Origin: Pocillopora damicornis
Lineage: Eukaryota
Length of the DNA stretch: 64,000 nt
Direction: 5' to 3'
Assembly: GCF_003704095.1 (NCBI RefSeq)
Contig: NW_020843886.1
Span: 1-64,000, forward strand
Position 1 is the stretch's first letter; each line of letters opens with the position of its first letter. The translations under genes were made by a program, and so were the position numbers. The notes beneath the pieces were generated by a model. The model was not told the origin of the DNA, did not search any database, and saw only the letters and a program-made list of their open reading frames with translations. Below are positions 61,541-64,000 of the stretch, piece by piece.

Positions 61541-64000
61541 GTTAGTGCATGTGCATTAAGTTGAATTAAATTTTTCCTTCAAGGAGCTCCCTATCATGAA
61601 AGCCAACGGTCTTTCATTTTATCCATAACTCCATAATGTCGTGATAAAGTTAATAGCGCGGAGATAAATAGCTACTTCGAAATTTATTGTGTATCATTAT
61701 GGTAGTATAAATACCAGTTTGACTTCTAGGGCTTGGTGAGTCCATGATGAAATTTACACATGGATTTGCACTTGAACTCAACACCTATTGACAAGCAAAC
61801 CACAGAGCTAATGAAAGCTAAGAAAGACGCGCGGAAAGTGCTTTCATCGTTCCTAAACCGCAGAATGGAAAGAAATATTTATTGCTTGGCTTCAATTAAA
61901 TACGGATTTTTTAATTCTATCTCTTTTCTAATTTTTAATACACTACACGGCTTTGGGAGCCGAAATTAATTAAGGTTCCTTGTTAAAACTGCGAAGCAAC
62001 TTTACCGAGACAAACAATGAGCTCTATAGTTTTCTAGAAATCTGCCACAAAAAAGCTTGCCGCCTTCGCGTGAAATGTGGCACTTAGCGCTATTAACTCT
62101 TCGCTGCGATATGGCAAAGATTATTGCTTTTTCAAATTACATCATATTATATTTTCAATTCTGTTATCGTTCACAGACAACTCAGAATATTTTTAGGCAA
62201 TATTTGTATTGAAATCTTGACTTTCTGTATTGCTTTTATCGAGTGTTACAGTTCGATCCCTTTGTTAGACTTTTTTAAACACCTTTGTGGTTAGCGAGTA
62301 TACTATTTCTAAATGCTTTGATTCAGGAGAAAAATAATTAGTTTTGTTTTTCATTGATGGAGATAAACATCAGTCGCTGATGAACCCTTATCATATAAGT
62401 CCCTATTATTCCCTGCTGTGAATTCAATGATGTGAACTTGTTAGCCACAATACAGTTTTGTGCCCACCCAGACAAGCCTTGTCACGCCGATTAAGGACTA
62501 ATGCCTTGACGTAGGAAGTATCTCTTAGCTTAAACGCTCAAAAGGTTTAAAGAATCAGCAATCGTTTTTATCGCTTTGTGTTTATTCCGTAGAAAGACTT
62601 CTATACTGTAATGGATCGCGGTTTTCGGATGAAAACTGTCGTGGTTGCTTCACGCTTCGCTTCCGTTTTCACAAAGGTCCACTATCGTTTCTTCTGTGAT
62701 TGACACTACTGTTTCCAAAGGCTTTACCACGGCGCTTTAATCCTAAGTGACAGCCTACTTCGGATTTGCATATGTTCTAAAAAGACCCATTCAGTTCGTC
62801 GTGTTTTTATTTGCAAATAATTTAAAACAAAGTAAATATTCCCAACCGGGGAACTCACGTCTTTGTTCAATATTTGCAAGGCGTTTTCCTGTACTAAAAG
62901 CCTCTGAAATTGGAACCATTTTATGTAAAAAGGGTAGCATTCACTTTGTGCTCGTTAGTGTACTTTTCAGATGTGATCGTGGACGGCAGCTGCCACGTTA
63001 TCTTTCGATCAATCTTTCCTCGTGTGAGGCCCTCCACGCATGCATTCCAGCTAGGATCTGGTAGCGGGCAGTTGGGCGAAGGCGCAAAACATCCGCGCCA
63101 ACTTGAAGTGGGTTAAATAAATTTCACCAGTATATTCAAATTTGCTAGGACGTAATTAAAAACTAGCATGCTTTTCCGGAAATCGAGGATGTTTCTTAAT
63201 CCTCTTGTTTCGTGGGGGTATTTGATGTGTAGACCAAAATCCTTCAAATGTTGTCAGCACAAAAATGCTTGTTTACATTTTAGGGAAAAGTGGAGTAACC
63301 TTCAAGGACTCCAGCGTTGTTCGGGCCGTCTTCAATGAAGTATTTATTTTGTGGCTTTGAAAAGATGTCAGCTGTTTATGTCAAAAAGTGTGTACTTTGT
63401 GGGGTGTCTTTTTGTCTAAGAATTGTCAAACTCCAAACTAAAAGAAAGACATGAAAGAAGTTGCGACAGTGGGGGCCATTTTTCACGCTCGCACTTTTCT
63501 TTTTCATGGAATTTTCGTTTTGATTTTAACTCAATATCAATATGTGTTATTTTTTCAGAGAAGTATATTTGTATTTTTGTTTTGCAAAACCGCGTGCGGA
63601 TTTGCCGATGTATTTAATCCATGTTGATTTCATTCACCTCCTCATGTTTAAAATTCAATGATGTAAACAGCATGTGATCCTTAAATTTTGAAAACTTTTT
63701 GTCGCATTTATGTATTGGGTTTACCAAATGTCTCCCTAAGTTCTATGTTTACTGTTGAGAATGCACTGGAAAAAGGGTGGGAAAGTTCAGAGATATCTAG
63801 ACGAGTTTATGTTTGTAATGGATTGATCGTCGACGGCTGTCAAAGGAATGAAATTAGTATATTGCAGATGAGTGAAACCTGCACACGATCGCCCGCCAAA
63901 ACGGAAGTGAAGTCAAATTTCTGCAACAAAAAAATGTCAGGCGTCAAATTCAAGCCCTGTATGCGTTGTATGTTGCGCGTGGAAAAAATCCTTATTTTTT

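Overview
AT-rich, intron-containing animal genomic DNA with four N gaps; the repeat families and gene content suggest a scleractinian coral (inference). Bases 1-40,100 hold a tandem innate-immune/cell-death cluster made of a repeated head-to-head cassette. Each cassette has a minus-strand TNF-receptor-superfamily gene and a plus-strand multi-exon gene encoding a stand-alone, divergent UPA-like domain. All three visible intergenic promoters carry 11-bp NF-kB-type sites and IRF-type sites. The four receptors differ in architecture: (A) apparently lacks the ectodomain, (B) has EDAR-like CRDs + TM + death domain, (C) has a doubled EDAR-like ectodomain + TM + ZU5-UPA with no death domain, and (D) resembles C but keeps the HFT autoproteolysis motif that C has changed to YFA. 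A CARD exon lies between cassettes B and C. Together these look like UNC5/PIDD-RAIDD (PIDDosome-like) modules distributed over linked genes. A tandem duplication with a junction at about 33,650 produced pseudogene copies of FDXACB1, NAXD exon 1 and the CARD exon. Intact FDXACB1 (-) and NAXD (+) follow head-to-head, then an internally deleted Mutator-like element and the first exon of a large cadherin gene. Gene models were spliced by hand from splice signals and phase, and domain calls come from motif recognition, not database searches.
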